NCBI RefSeq assembly: GCF_037042905.1
Contig: NC_087245.1
Span: 29,452,001-29,516,000, forward strand
Direction of reading: 5' to 3'
Source: Lytechinus pictus
Lineage: Eukaryota
DNA: 64,000 bases
Every line of letters starts with the position of its first letter. The first letter of the stretch is position 1. Of the stretch, positions 27,619 through 39,931 are shown one piece after another. Made by a program: the position numbers and the translations under genes. The notes beneath the pieces were generated by a model that saw nothing but the letters and a program-made list of their open reading frames with translations, was not told the DNA's origin and made no database searches.

Positions 27619-28161
27619 ATTGAAGGGTGTGGTGTACACGTTGGGTGGATATTACATACGCCTACCGAAATTGATTTAAATGCCAAGGTGTTGTTGTTTG
27701 TGGTCGTTTCATCAAATTTGTCTTCTTTATAATCCTCCAAGCATTTCAGGATGTTTGTATGTTTTCCTTCCATTTCCTTCCACGTTTCCTTAAGACTACA
27801 CGATTAAACAAAGACACAACTTTTCCGTTGAAAGACAATAATAATCCTAACCCCTTCCTTTAGTTTTGATGTTTTCGGACAGGATGGTGGTATTTGTTTT
27901 ATCATTTGTGGGCGGATCGATTTCGGGTGTGTCAATGACGAGTTTTCGTTCCATGACGCGCAACGGATTCAAGAACATAGACAATGTATAGTCAAAATGC
28001 CATTCATGGCAATGAACAACGATGTGGTCTTTGTCGAAAATGGGTCAATCAAAACGGCAGTCTCGTCCTGGACTCTGCCTGTAGTGTCCCTTTCCCCTTA
28101 AAAAATTATAAGAAATTAGCTAAAATCCTACTTATTGGCAGCTCTGCAAGTAGGATTGAAG

Positions 28162-28181
28162 CATGGAGCTATAGCTCCATG
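28162..28181. mobile_element. 20-bp perfect P-like micro-palindrome with 7-bp TSD
   Basis: attgaag|catggagcta-tagctccatg|attgaag. Confidence 0.8.
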
Positions 28182-28992
28182 ATTGAAGGGTGTGGTGTAC
28201 ACGTTGGGTGGATATTACATACGCCTACTGAAATTGATTTAAATGCCAAGGTGTTGTTGTTTGTGGTCGTTTCATCAAATTTGTCTTCTTTATAATCATC
28301 CAAGCATTTCAGGATGTTTGTATGTTTTCCTTCCATTTCCTTCCACGTTTCCTTAAGACTACACAATTAAACAAAGACACAACTTTTCCGTTGAAAGACA
28401 ATAATGATCCTAACCCATCCTTTAGTTTTGATGTTTGTGGACAGGATGTTGGTATTTGTTCTATCATTTGTGGGCGGATCGATTTCGGGTGTGTCAATGA
28501 CGGGTTTTCGTTCCATGACGCGCAACGGATTCAAGAACATAGACAATGTATAGTCAAAATGCCATTCATGGCAATGAACAACGATGTGGTCTTTGTCGAA
28601 AATGAGTCAATCAAAACGGCAGTCTCGTCCTGGACTCTGCATATGGGCAAACAGCATATTTCCAATTTTTCATCAGCTCCGAAACTTACGACGAAACTGA
28701 TGTTCCGGTTCACCAATTTTCGGTAAAGACAAGCCAGCTGTTCATTGTCTCAATACGTGTTGCTGTTTGTGGTCGTTTAATCAAATTTGTCTTCTTTATA
28801 ATCCTTCAAGCATTTCAGGATGTTTTGTATGTTTTCCTTCCATTTCCTTCCATGTTTCCTTAAATATTAAACAAAGACACAACTTTTCCGTTGAAAGACA
28901 ATAATTACCCAACCCCATCCTTTAGTTTTGATGTTTGTGGACAGGATGGTAGTATTTGTTCTATCATATGTGGGCGAATCGACTCGTGTCAA

Positions 28993-29300
28993 TGACGAGT
29001 TTTCGTTCCATGACGCACAACGGATTCAAGAACATAGACAATGTATTGTCAAAATGCCATTCATGGCAATGAACAACGATGTGGTCTTTGTCGAAAATGG
29101 GTCAATCAAAACGGCAGTCTCGTCCTGGACTCTGCATATGGGCAAACAGCATATTTCCAATTTTTCATCAGCTCCGAAACTTACGACGAAACTGATGTTC
29201 CGGTTCACCAATTTTCGGTAAAGACAAGCCAGCTGTTCATTGTCTCAATACGTTTATTGTATTCTTGAATCTGCCGTGCTTCGCAGAGCGAAAACTCACT
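28993..29300. mobile_element. ~300-bp hairpin MITE, complete copy (partial copies at ~27938-28078 and ~28498-28757)
   Basis: Termini cgagttttcgttc / gagcgaaaactca. Inner inverted blocks gattcaagaa / ttcttgaatc and gtctttgtcgaaaatgg / ccaattttcggtaaagac. Confidence 0.75.
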
Positions 29301-29304
29301 AGTA

Positions 29305-29420
29305 ATGTTGCAGTCACAACGGATTAACCGACTCCAGTCCGACCAAATATTTTACGGTATTTCCAATGACATACCATCGGTCGGTTTGGAGTCGGTTTCA
29401 TTTAGTGCGACAACAGCACA
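29305..29420. mobile_element. Small hairpin MITE
   Basis: aaccgactccagtccgacc ... ggtcggtttggagtcggtt. Confidence 0.5.
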
Positions 29421-29450
29421 GACCGGTCACCTAGTCTTGATCAATACCAG

Positions 29451-29630
29451 GGGCCGTTTCATAAAGCTATTCGTAAGTTAAGAGCGACTTTAAGAACGAC
29501 TGGTGATCCTTTATTGTGGTAAATGGTATACACCAACATGTTCATTGGCGATGGTTTAGAGCGTAAGAAAGGTTCATCAGTCGTTCTTAAAGTCGCCCTT
29601 AACTTAAAAACAGCTTTAAGTAACAACCCC
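29451..29630. mobile_element. PIF/Harbinger-like MITE
   Basis: cag|gggccgtttcataaagct...gcgactttaagaacgactg ... cagtcgttcttaaagtcgc...aacccc|cag. TSD CAG. Confidence 0.8.
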
Positions 29631-30256
29631 CAGATCAGATTTAATCATTTTGATTCCAGTCAGTGTAAGTCGCAGTCAGACCTTCGTAGATAAAATCTCT
29701 CGTTGTGAGCAAGCATCTGTATATGATTTTTTTTAAGATTTCTTTTTTAAACAAACTCGATTCAGGATTCTAGTTCAGTCCCACTTTGATGAAAAAACAT
29801 GAAAACTTTGGGATATAATTATATTATAAGCGCGAGTACATGCCGCGAGCCGCGTGTAAATTCATGCATAACTTTTGAACAGCGTACTAGTAATTAAATA
29901 TCATGCAGGTTATTTTTTTAAGGGGGTGTAGGTTTCTCAAGTTATGTAAAGATTAATTTTCCTTCCGATATTTTCGACATATGGGATATGATTTCAAATT
30001 TGTCAGTCTCTCTCAGACTCCCTGTTATGTCGCCATAAAAGACTGTATTCCTAAAATTGAGAGTGTCTAAATGTATCTACCTATTCATTTGAAGGTTGTT
30101 TAATTAGTCTTAATTTGGAGCTGAAATAAAAGTCAATTTTGAACGGGATTGTTACCACTACCATCCGATTGCATATTTCATTCACAATGAACACATAAAA
30201 TAATAATTGGCCTAACAATACTTTTGCCTTTTCAAATACAGCAATTAATACATCAG

Positions 30257-30610
30257 GGCCCCGTCTTACAAAGAGTTACGATTGATCCAATCAACCACAA
30301 CTATGGAAAACCAGCAACGTCACCATCTAACATACATGTTTATTTAGAATATTTTCTAGATATAATTATAATGTATATTCATTTAAAACCAGCAACGTCA
30401 GCATCTAACATACATGTTTATTTAGAATATTTTCTAGATATAATTATAATGTATATTCATTTATTAATGATTTTCTTGAAAATTCAGTGTGCTTGTCTTT
30501 CTTTATAAAAGACATTGTACAAATTTGCTGAAGAAAAAATTATGACATTGATGGATTTCCATGTACTTGAGGTTGATCGGATCAATTGTAACTCTTTGTA
30601 AGACGAGGCC
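30257..30610. mobile_element. PIF/Harbinger-like MITE with an internal 78-bp tandem duplication
   Basis: cag|ggccccgtcttacaaagagttac ... gtaactctttgtaagacgaggcc|cag. The block aaaaccagcaacgtca...gtatattcattt occurs twice (~30307-30462). Confidence 0.9.
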
Positions 30611-32019
30611 CAGAACAACTTCTCTACCCGGTTTGTAGATACGGCATTACGCCAGTGAATGGATTATGGCTTCTCAGCACATAATGTTTGTTCTGCTCCA
30701 CCCCCGGGAGACCAGCAAGAGTTTCCAAACTCGATTGCTAAGCAACATGGACTTTCGCATCCTCCCGGTTACCCACCGACCACGTGGGCCATGTTGATTG
30801 ACGATTGTCAAAGAGAGCTGAAGTCACTACAGTGAGATTCGAATACACGACCATGTGACTACAATACATGTAGAGAGTCAGAACCACTAAACCACAGGCA
30901 CTTGGTCCGCGTACATGCGTCTCGAAGCTTGTAAACGGACCTAGCGCCTGTGTCGAGACTACACAGTAAGGCGCCATGTATACACACACACACACACACC
31001 CGCACACCATCACACACAAACACACACACACACAAATCTCAGCAAAGTGAACAACAACTGAAGATTCTACTTTAGTCTATCCATAAAGTTGTCACCCTGC
31101 CCGCCACTAGCATCCATCTTTCCCAAAGTCAATATCTTCTTTTTGAAGAAAGGATCGAATCTTGGCAGAGTGCTACAACAACATTATTTCGCGTTCCGTG
31201 TAAACTCAGGTCTCGGATTCAACTGGGTAAACTGCTCACCTTTTCCGGTTTCGATATCGAAAAACCAAACAGATGTATCCTCGAGAGATGGATTCCTCGA
31301 AAGATGGATTTTTTAATAGGGAGGTAGGTTCATGTCGCGGTGTTACCTATCCCTCAATATGTGCCGCTTGACATTGTTTAAGGCCGAGAATTCTGAGTGT
31401 CTTTATTCTATTTTCACACGAAAAGGGAAACATATCTTGGTCGTCTCTGTTGCTAATGATGGATTTGTTTTATCAAATTGTGCATCGGAAGTGAACGCTC
31501 TATGCGATGCAGTAGATGGCTAAAGATCGTCTATCTTGTGAAAGTGAAAGCTTTGGCACACATAACGGAGTACATATAACAGAAACCGTTAAGGACCAGT
31601 GATTCTATTTTACAAGAAGTTGTTTATAAAGTTACACAATAATTTACATTCAAATCAGTGGCTGATTCAGGTGAGGGCACCCCCCCCCCCCTCCTTTGAG
31701 AGCCATACAAATATTTGCTAGGGAAATATTATGTCGAGTATACTCAAGTGAGGACCTTTTTTTCCTTGTCAAAATTTTCCTGATATAAATCACCATTAAT
31801 TGGGAGTGAAGATTTTTTTCTGTACAAAATGCCCCCACCCTCCCCCATTCGGAAAATCCTGGATTCCTGGAATATGAAACTCCAATATGAAACCCAACAT
31901 TTCCTTCAGATCTTTCTTATGTTGTAAAAAAAAGATATCTTTCAATCAATTTTGTAAAATTCCATAAATTCACACTGATATAATGTTGACAAAAATCAAC
32001 TGAAATCAAGGTAATTATT

Positions 32020-32207
32020 AGAAACCCAGATGGCGCTCTATACTCCAAAAGTTTGTTAAGTCGTGGCCCTTTGATTTAGGTATACGACTTTAAAATTCCT
32101 TGGACTTCGCCATATCTAATCATATCCTTCATTCATCCGCCCGGGGTGGACTCGAACCTACGTCCTTTGGTTCGACAGGCAGACGCTTTACTGACTGAGC
32201 AAGCAGG
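32020..32207 (-). mobile_element. tRNA-derived SINE-like sequence
   Basis: Minus strand reads ttgctcagtcagtaaagcg (A-box-like) ... ggttcgagtccaccccgggcg (B box). Cloverleaf is imperfect. Confidence 0.6.
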
Positions 32208-33687
32208 TAAAATCTACCTTAATATCAATTGATTCACATAATACTGCTCGAGTTATAAGCATCATCATCAGGTTTAGGGGGTTTAGGCAGGCTCGATACA
32301 CATCAACATGGTTATGAATAATATAGTGGCGATGTCATTAACTTTTTGATAACATTCATATATTCGGTTTGTTGTTCTTTTTCTCCCTTTACATGCATGC
32401 CGGAAGAGGTGCGACCGGGGTAAACCTTCTTTCTTCAAAAGAACAAAACGAACAGAGTTAATTTTATTGATTACATCAATAAAGCAGGCAACTCTCCTTT
32501 TTGTGTGGCGTGTTTTTTATTCAACAGTTCGCTACGCCATGCCCATTTACCGTTCGGAATATCCAATTCAGTTTCAATTTGCATTGAAGTGGGGTTTGTA
32601 TACGAGCTGACAATCAGAATTAATTTGGCCGACTTTCAAATGCATGTTTTAATGATGCGGATGATGGTATAACGTCCCAAATTAACACTACAATAAAGGC
32701 ACACAATGTATGCTTTGTGATTTTATGAGACCAGAGACTGTGATTGGCCACGGACTTGGGAAGAGGGCTTGTTGCATGATAAACCAGTCTCGACCCATAC
32801 AGACAACTTTCCTGAGGTCCAGATAATCTGCTTTTAGTCCTCTCATATTGGCACTAATGTCCATTTTACTAATAATTGATGGCATTTGTCTATGGTATGC
32901 AAATTTAGATAATTAAACGCCTTTCCCATAAATTTCTGAACCCTTCAGAAGACTTAGTCACTTAGGCTGATGAGGATATTGAGCCCATTATGTGAAGAAC
33001 CGATAAAGAAAGTAAATTTTGAAAAATAACTAAATAGGAATTCCATAATCTACTACACTGAATTTTTTTTTCAATAGATTTTGTTTCTATTTCAAATCAT
33101 ATACCATGTGTGATAGCTGTAGCATTTGGGATAAAGAGAAAGGGTCTCCTTAAAAAGGAATCACTCTACCATGTAGGGTTTTACACAAACACATCGCACT
33201 CCTAAAGTTGAGTTAGCTAGCGACTAGCTATGAGCTCATTTAATAAACGACTGTAAGCTAGCCTGCAGTAGGTACATGCTCGCTAAAAGATCACTGAGTA
33301 TTTCTCTGCATGAATTCTCCAAGCTTATTAAGTTATCCATTAGCTAGTCAATAGTTAGGAGTTGGTTATCCTACACTAGATTGCTTGAAATCTATGTGAG
33401 GGTTATGGTGTGGTAATCGTTCTCTAAGGACTCGTTATTTAAATAAATCCTGCATCAGTTGTGAGCATCATACTTTTAGTACTTTATTGGAGTAAATTAT
33501 GTGTAATTATCATCATTATTATCATAATTATGTCATGAATATACTCATCATCCTCATGATCATCACTCTCGGTATTCAAGGCCGGCCTCGGGGACATATT
33601 TTGTTGGGCTTGGTCTTGGCTTCGGACCGAGACACATGTATGCAAAGACGCCTCTTGATTGAAGATTCTGGTAACGTATCGATTCCG

Positions 33688-33836
33688 GGGGACCATTTCA
33701 TCAACATTTTTGTCCGACAAGTTGTCAGATTCCTTGTACCTGGTCGGCTAAGAGGTACTGTTACCACGGTATAGCTATCGGATAAAACAGGATTTGTCGG
33801 AAAAAACGTCTGACAAATCCTTCATGAAACGCTCAC
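33688..33836. mobile_element. Harbinger-like MITE
   Basis: ttcatcaacatttttgtccgacaagttgtcagat ... ttcatgaaacgctcac|ctg. Relative of 21205-21349. Confidence 0.6.
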
Positions 33837-33938
33837 CTGATACTTATGTAATTGTTATCATTAGTTCCACTATTACTATCACCACCGCCATCACTATCAA
33901 CATCATCTTCGTCATCGTTGTCGTCGTCATTATCTGAA

Positions 33939-34210
33939 GCGAATTTTCGCTCTCCAACGTACGAAGTGTTCAAGAGCAAGTCAAATGTATTGGAAACGCC
34001 CGCCAAATGACAAAGAATTTGTGGGTGGTCTTTGCCGAAAATGGTGAACCAACCGGAACAGCATTTTCATCTAAAATATCCGAGCTGACGAGAAATTGCA
34101 TTGTGTTGTTTGTCCAGAGTCAAAGACTTCATGGTTTTGTTTATGAAGGGCAATTGACAATGCATTACTCTGTTATTTAACTCTCCGTACGTCTCGGAGC
34201 AAAAGCTCGC
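33939..34210. mobile_element. Hairpin MITE family copy, reverse orientation
   Basis: Termini gcgaattttcgctc / gagcaaaagctcgc. Core gagctgacgagaaattgc...tttgtccagagtc is the reverse complement of the family core. Confidence 0.6.
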
Positions 34211-34544
34211 TAATATCACCTTCATCATTCAACTTATCTTCATTCAAATGTAATCTTTACTCACGTCATTACATAAATTTTAATTTTGAGCTTGCAAATT
34301 GGACTTACAACGCCGCCAAAAAAACACTTGTTTATATTATTAACCTCTCTCTTTGAAACCACTTTCATTTTGAGAAGTGAGTATGTTCGAAAGCGGTATA
34401 CAATAAAATAAGAAGAGCAGAATTAGATGTTGATGTAGACTTTACACAAAATAAAAAATACAGAGTCTGAACCGTCTGACTTAAACTATAAAATACAATT
34501 TCTTCTTTCTTTTCGAAGAACACCCTCAATTCCTAACATGCCAG

Positions 34545-34800
34545 CAGAACATAGAAAATGTATTGTCAAATGCCTTTCATGGCAACGAACAACCAAGAAC
34601 AGCGGTTCTGTCCTGGAATCTGGACAAACGACATAATTTGCAATTTTTCGTCAGCTCCGAAACTCTGGACGGAACCGCTGTTTCGGTTCACTAGTTTTCG
34701 ACAAAGACCTCCCAGCTGTCTATTGTGATTTGACTTATATTTTCAATGCATTTACTTTGTTCATGAATTCGTTTTGAGTTGCGATGCAAAAACTAAAAAT
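34545..34800. mobile_element. Hairpin MITE family copy
   Basis: agaacatagaaaatgtattgtcaaatgcc ... cagctccgaaac ... ttttcgacaaagacctcccagctg. Confidence 0.7.
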
Positions 34801-37559
34801 TTCTATATTCATGACAGCATCGATGCATACAATCGTTTTACAAAGATGATGTATACCCCTAATTATTTCTATGACACTTTCAATGGTTTGCACGTTTTAC
34901 TTCTCTGCTATTTATTCAAATTAGATGATTTCGTCCTCGACTATCCTTTTCAGTCATATATTCACTCCTGCAAGAACCCAAAGAGAGTATAAGCATAATA
35001 ACCGAGTTTTCGAAGAAAGTACATGTAGGCCAATATTGAGAAAGGCAAACTTGCTTTTGCATTTTGAGAGCATTTAATGGACACAAAAGAAGATATTATC
35101 ATGAAGTAAGATATAGAAACGCGGTTATGTTATCAGCATTACTCAAATGTTAAACATATGAATCCTTTAGATGATTAATACGACCTACCTTGAAATGATT
35201 GAGTGTCTCTATACTCAAGTTTCCTCCAGTCTATGAGTAATTCAAAACTTGCTTTCGGACTGCGGACTGTCCTACTTGTCTCAAAACTGCAACAGGTCGA
35301 TAAAGACAGTCCAAGAAGAAAGCTGCAAAACTCTACCACGCGAGTCACAAAGTTCAACAGTGCAAGCCAATGGACGAACGAATCTCAAGCTGTGAAAGAG
35401 GAGGAAGAGGACGTAAATGAAGAAGGTTTTTAGTGATCAACCCCGTATCACCCTGCTAAAAGCTTGTGGAGAGTTTTAACAGTTGATGGATGACATACAG
35501 ATTCTGAATGGAACGATGCTATGCAGTTCCCCACTTGACCAAGTTTTTCACCCTTACTGGATTGGCGCACGGCTCGCTAGGGTAGCGTGACAACTGAACG
35601 ATTGCGGGCGGACGTTATGATGATGCTCGCGAGGTTCGCTTATCTTATCTATTCTTCCATTTAGCACCGACAAGCTCTCAAAGATTTGTTTTTGGGTGTG
35701 TTCATTTGGTTTCTATCGCGTCCAATAATTTTTATGCGAGTTTTTCGCCTCAGAGCATGGATGTACGCTAATGTTGAACTCCCAGCCTTGTTACGCCTAA
35801 GTGTGGTAAAGCTGAGCTTTAGTGACAGCTGTGTGATTGTAAATTAGAATTGAAACCTTGATTTACATTCGCCGGTATTTACCACAATGTCAAAGCTACT
35901 TTAGAAGTAAGATCTGCATGAAACGGCTCTCTGGTCTACTTTACCAAAACGTCCCGATAACCTAAAGTTGGTTACATTTGACATTTCATAGTTCAGCCGT
36001 TTGAAAAGTGTAATTTTATAAAGAGCTTCGCTAATACTCATGATCGTATACAGATCAATTCAGATATCGATACATAATGCTCTATGCGACAGTGTGTGAG
36101 TGTAAACATGCCTTGCCACAATAGATGATAATGTAAGCTCTTATACTATTTTCATATATTTGTGAGAGTAGACTTGATACACCTCGTATGCCAAATTAAG
36201 ACTATGTTCACATCTTGGTTAGATCCTGCCCCGTATTCTAAACTCGGGTTTAATGTAATCTCTGGTCTACAGTTGCGGCTAAACTATGAATTGCCAGTTG
36301 TTAAGTAAATCTCTAACAAAACCGGCTCGAATTATCAACTCATTTACTAACACCTCAATTATACATGAGTATATACCTTGGAATAATTACTAAAATGCAA
36401 CTCTTGAAAAATAAAACATACACATAAGAAATATACAATGTAGAACAATTTTATCTATTTTGGCTTCCCATAACTTTAGAAGAGAGTTAGACTATGGCTT
36501 AGTGTACAAGGTACAATATCCACTTAGTTATCAAGGCTACTCTTTAACAAAATAAAATGAAGAAAAAACACTAAATGAGATCAGGGACATTATTATGTAG
36601 GTATAGACTTGATGAAACATTACCGCCTATATCCAGAACATCGAGGCATGTTTTTCTTTCTTATGGTTTGAGCAACGACTGTTTTCATAAAACATTTTGG
36701 ATGTATGCAGTAAGGTTTTCACGATCTTACGACCTTTTTGTAGATAGGCTTCGAGAAAGATGTGGACATCTGGCGGTCTCCAAAATGTAATCCACAGAGA
36801 TCTATTGATCTCCAAAAACAGGTGAAATTTGTTTAAGGCATCCTTCTTCTTTATCCTTTTCCTGTTTACGGAGTCACGATTTTTTTTTATTGGAACGAGG
36901 TTAAAGGAGTGTGATTAAGGTGGAGTCTACCCATAAACTTAACAATATTTTCTTGATTCAAAATAATGTTCGACCTGTCAAAAAAAAAATACGCGCATTT
37001 TATGTATCAGACTATTTCTAATGAAATCATGCGGATTGCACATTCATTATCATGTCATCTTCTTCTGCTCCTTAATATTTTCACTTTCTACTCCCAAGCA
37101 ACCAAGGACTCCAGCCATCCCCCGTCTACCCCCTCCCTCTCTTCCTTCATCTCTCTCTCTCTCTATCTATCTATCTACCTCTCTGTCTCACTGAGATTTT
37201 CGTTTTGTTTTCCCGTCATGTTCACAAACGCAAAACTGTTCTCTTTATGTATTGTTTTATGAGCATCGAGGGATGATCAAGCATCCCCTTTATTCCTGTA
37301 TACAATCATAAGGAATTATATAACTGGCATGATTGCGAAAACAACCATGGAGACCTGTAATAACACCATAATACAATATCGCATGGCACATTAATGGTAG
37401 CGGATATCTGCATTAGATGGGCTTTAGAATCAATATCCTTACGCAGACAATTCCATCGATCCATTAAAGAACGAAATATGATACTACAATAAAACCATAT
37501 GCAATGACAAACTAAAAAGAAATGTATCCTCTTGTCAAGGTCGGGGATGTCCATAAATA

Positions 37560-37856
37560 ACGAGTTTTCATTCCACGGCGCACGACAGATTCAAGAACAT
37601 AGAAAATGTATCGTCAAATTTCATATATGACAGTAAACAACTAAGAAGTCTTTGTCGGAAATTGGTGAATCAAAACAGCAATTTCGTTCTGGACTTTGGA
37701 CAAACGACATATTTGTAATTTTTCCGCTCCGAAACTTAGGATGAAACTGCTATTCCGATTCACCTATTTTCGACAAAGACCTCCCAGCTGTTTTTGTCAT
37801 TTGACGAGCATTTTCGATAGGTTTACTGTGTTCTCGAATCCGTCGTGCGTCGAGGA
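37560..37856. mobile_element. Hairpin MITE family copy
   Basis: gcgcacgacagattcaagaacatag / ctgtgttctcgaatccgtcgtgcg and gtctttgtcggaaattggtgaatc / gattcacctattttcgacaaagac are inverted pairs. Confidence 0.75.
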
Positions 37857-38164
37857 TTCATTTTATTGATTTCGTTAATGACTGGTAATTAAAATACTCC
37901 ACATTCTTCAAAGAAATAATAAAAGCATGGCGCTTATTCAACTCTGTTAATGACACTTACTATTTTCATCACTTACATATCAAATTACACAACTTCTTCA
38001 AAAATTCTTTGCCACAAGCATTTTTGGTTTATACATACAAACACTTGGGTAATGTATAATTTTATGGATTCTATGGGAACTCATTTTGAAATCGTTACCA
38101 CAACTAGCACTTCAGGACCTTTCGCATTTACTACGGAGACACTCTCTACAACGCAATAATTCCT

Positions 38165-38400
38165 TTAAAAATGCGAGTCAAATCACAATTGAGAGCTGAG
38201 AGACTTTTGTCGGAAGTTGGTTGACCGGGACAGCTTCGGAATGTCTTGACTCTGGACAACGACATAATTGCAATTATTCGTCCAGTGCAAATCTTCGGAT
38301 GATCCGCAGCCCCAGTCCAGCAACTTTCGACAAAAGCCTCTCAGCTCTCCATTGTGATTTTAATTGCATTTTCAAAGGAATGGATGTGTTGTATAGAAAG
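38165..38400. mobile_element. Relative of the hairpin MITE family
   Basis: aaaatgc...aaatcacaattgagagctgagagacttttgtcggaagttg / caactttcgacaaaagcctctcagctctccattgtgattt...gcatttt. Confidence 0.65.
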
Positions 38401-39931
38401 TGTCTCGGTAGTAATTTCGAAAGCTCCCTATCATCTCTAAGCACGTTCCATGAATCCAAATAAGCCGACTACCGATAGATGGAGGTTATCTGAAAAGTAT
38501 ATCTCCATGATTTATGTTGCCAATTTGATCATACTCCTCTTCATAGGATCATATTCTAATGAAAATTTGAAAAACAGATCCTGTCTTCATTTAGGGTGTG
38601 GGTTCGGTTTCAAAAAAAAATATTATGATTAGCAAATGCTATATGATTGTGCTCTCGATCAATCATTCATGGCAATTGACATTTGCCATTATGGACAAGT
38701 TTCTTCGTGAAACAGAGCCACGGCTCTGTCATAAAATGGTTAAAAGGGAACCTGAATTCCCAATGATGAAATTGATTATAATATCTAGGGAAGGAAAAGT
38801 GTAATTAGGTTTGGACTTTGATGCATACATGCCGAACACTAAGAAGAATTATCCAGACATAATCTGTTTCATCTCTGGATTAGCGCTAGCACACTGGTGA
38901 CAGTGACTTGTGTTGAATGGAGGGTCAACGTCAGCTGTCCTGAAAATCGAGGCTTCCTTTGATAAAATTGGTCCAAAGACTTGATCCAGATGCATTGATC
39001 ATAGGTGGCGGAAAACCCATGAGGTGTCCATTTTGAGAAAAAAGTTGACAAGAAAAGACGTCATTATCGCCGAGAAAATAAAGAAACGCACAAAAAAACG
39101 TCTCAACGGATCTAGATGACAGATGTGCGGTGTCTTCATTCTTTTGTGTAGTAAATAAATGTTTGCATCTTCCAGAGGTGGTTGCCCGCCACGCACCCCG
39201 CCCCCCCCCCCCCCCCCCTATCCCCCGATGCAGCAAATTACTATTATAAGCCCTCATAAAAAAAGCATTGTATCGTTGAACGCAGACCTAATATGTGGAT
39301 TTAATGTAACATGTTCGAAATGAGAGTGTCTGTACAAATTGAAGGTGAAAACAGACAGCCTTGATTACATTTAAAGCAGTAAAGAGTTCAACACCTTAAT
39401 TGCATATTTCATCGATATACATAACAAATGGTTAGATGTACAATTGTAATACAGGCTCTTGCTATTTATCAATGTCATGTGGTTAATTGATGAAATACAG
39501 AAGAAAAAAAATACTGCTTTATTATTAGTATTCCACAATGGGAAATTTAGTCAGCGCCAGACAGGCTCATCACGATTATTAACACTGTCTAAATATGTAG
39601 AAAATGTGTGAAGTGTTAGGAGAGGTATGATGACCTCAAATGACGATTGATTGTTATGGCTTGCCATAACTCATATGTTTTTTCCTGGTTCTTTGTCCGT
39701 ATTTTCTATATAGTACTAAATAAAATTCATTCTCAAATTTAAAATTGATTAAATTTGAGCTAGGTAATACTGAAATCCACTACAGATGATGCAGGTCTCA
39801 TTGGGCTTATATCAGATATAATCCATAATGCGATACAATCTACTCTGCAGCCTGCTCAAGGCGCAATGAAACAAAGAGCAGAGGAAGAACACAAACAACA
39901 AAGGAGTGGATGACAAATAGGAAACAGTTTT

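Larger units (their letters stand above)
27516..29253. repeat. Recent overlapping tandem duplications (periods ~563 and ~500 bp)
   Basis: ctgtagtgtccctttcccc occurs at 27516 and 28079. A third partial copy restarts at ~28757 and matches from ~28250. The copies are highly similar. Confidence 0.95.

Noticed and set aside
28655..28705. ctgatgaaaaattggaaa (minus strand) in the hairpin MITE as a hammerhead
   Set aside because: Stem II cannot pair, and other copies read ctgacga or lack the motif.
28322..29268. Repeated ORFs (FSFHDAQRIQEHRQ...) as a repeat-domain gene
   Set aside because: They span the hairpin MITE inside the tandem duplication, and the frame is not kept in other family copies.
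32967..33012. CTGATGA as a canonical hammerhead core
   Set aside because: No stem II closed by GAAA and no matching stem I.
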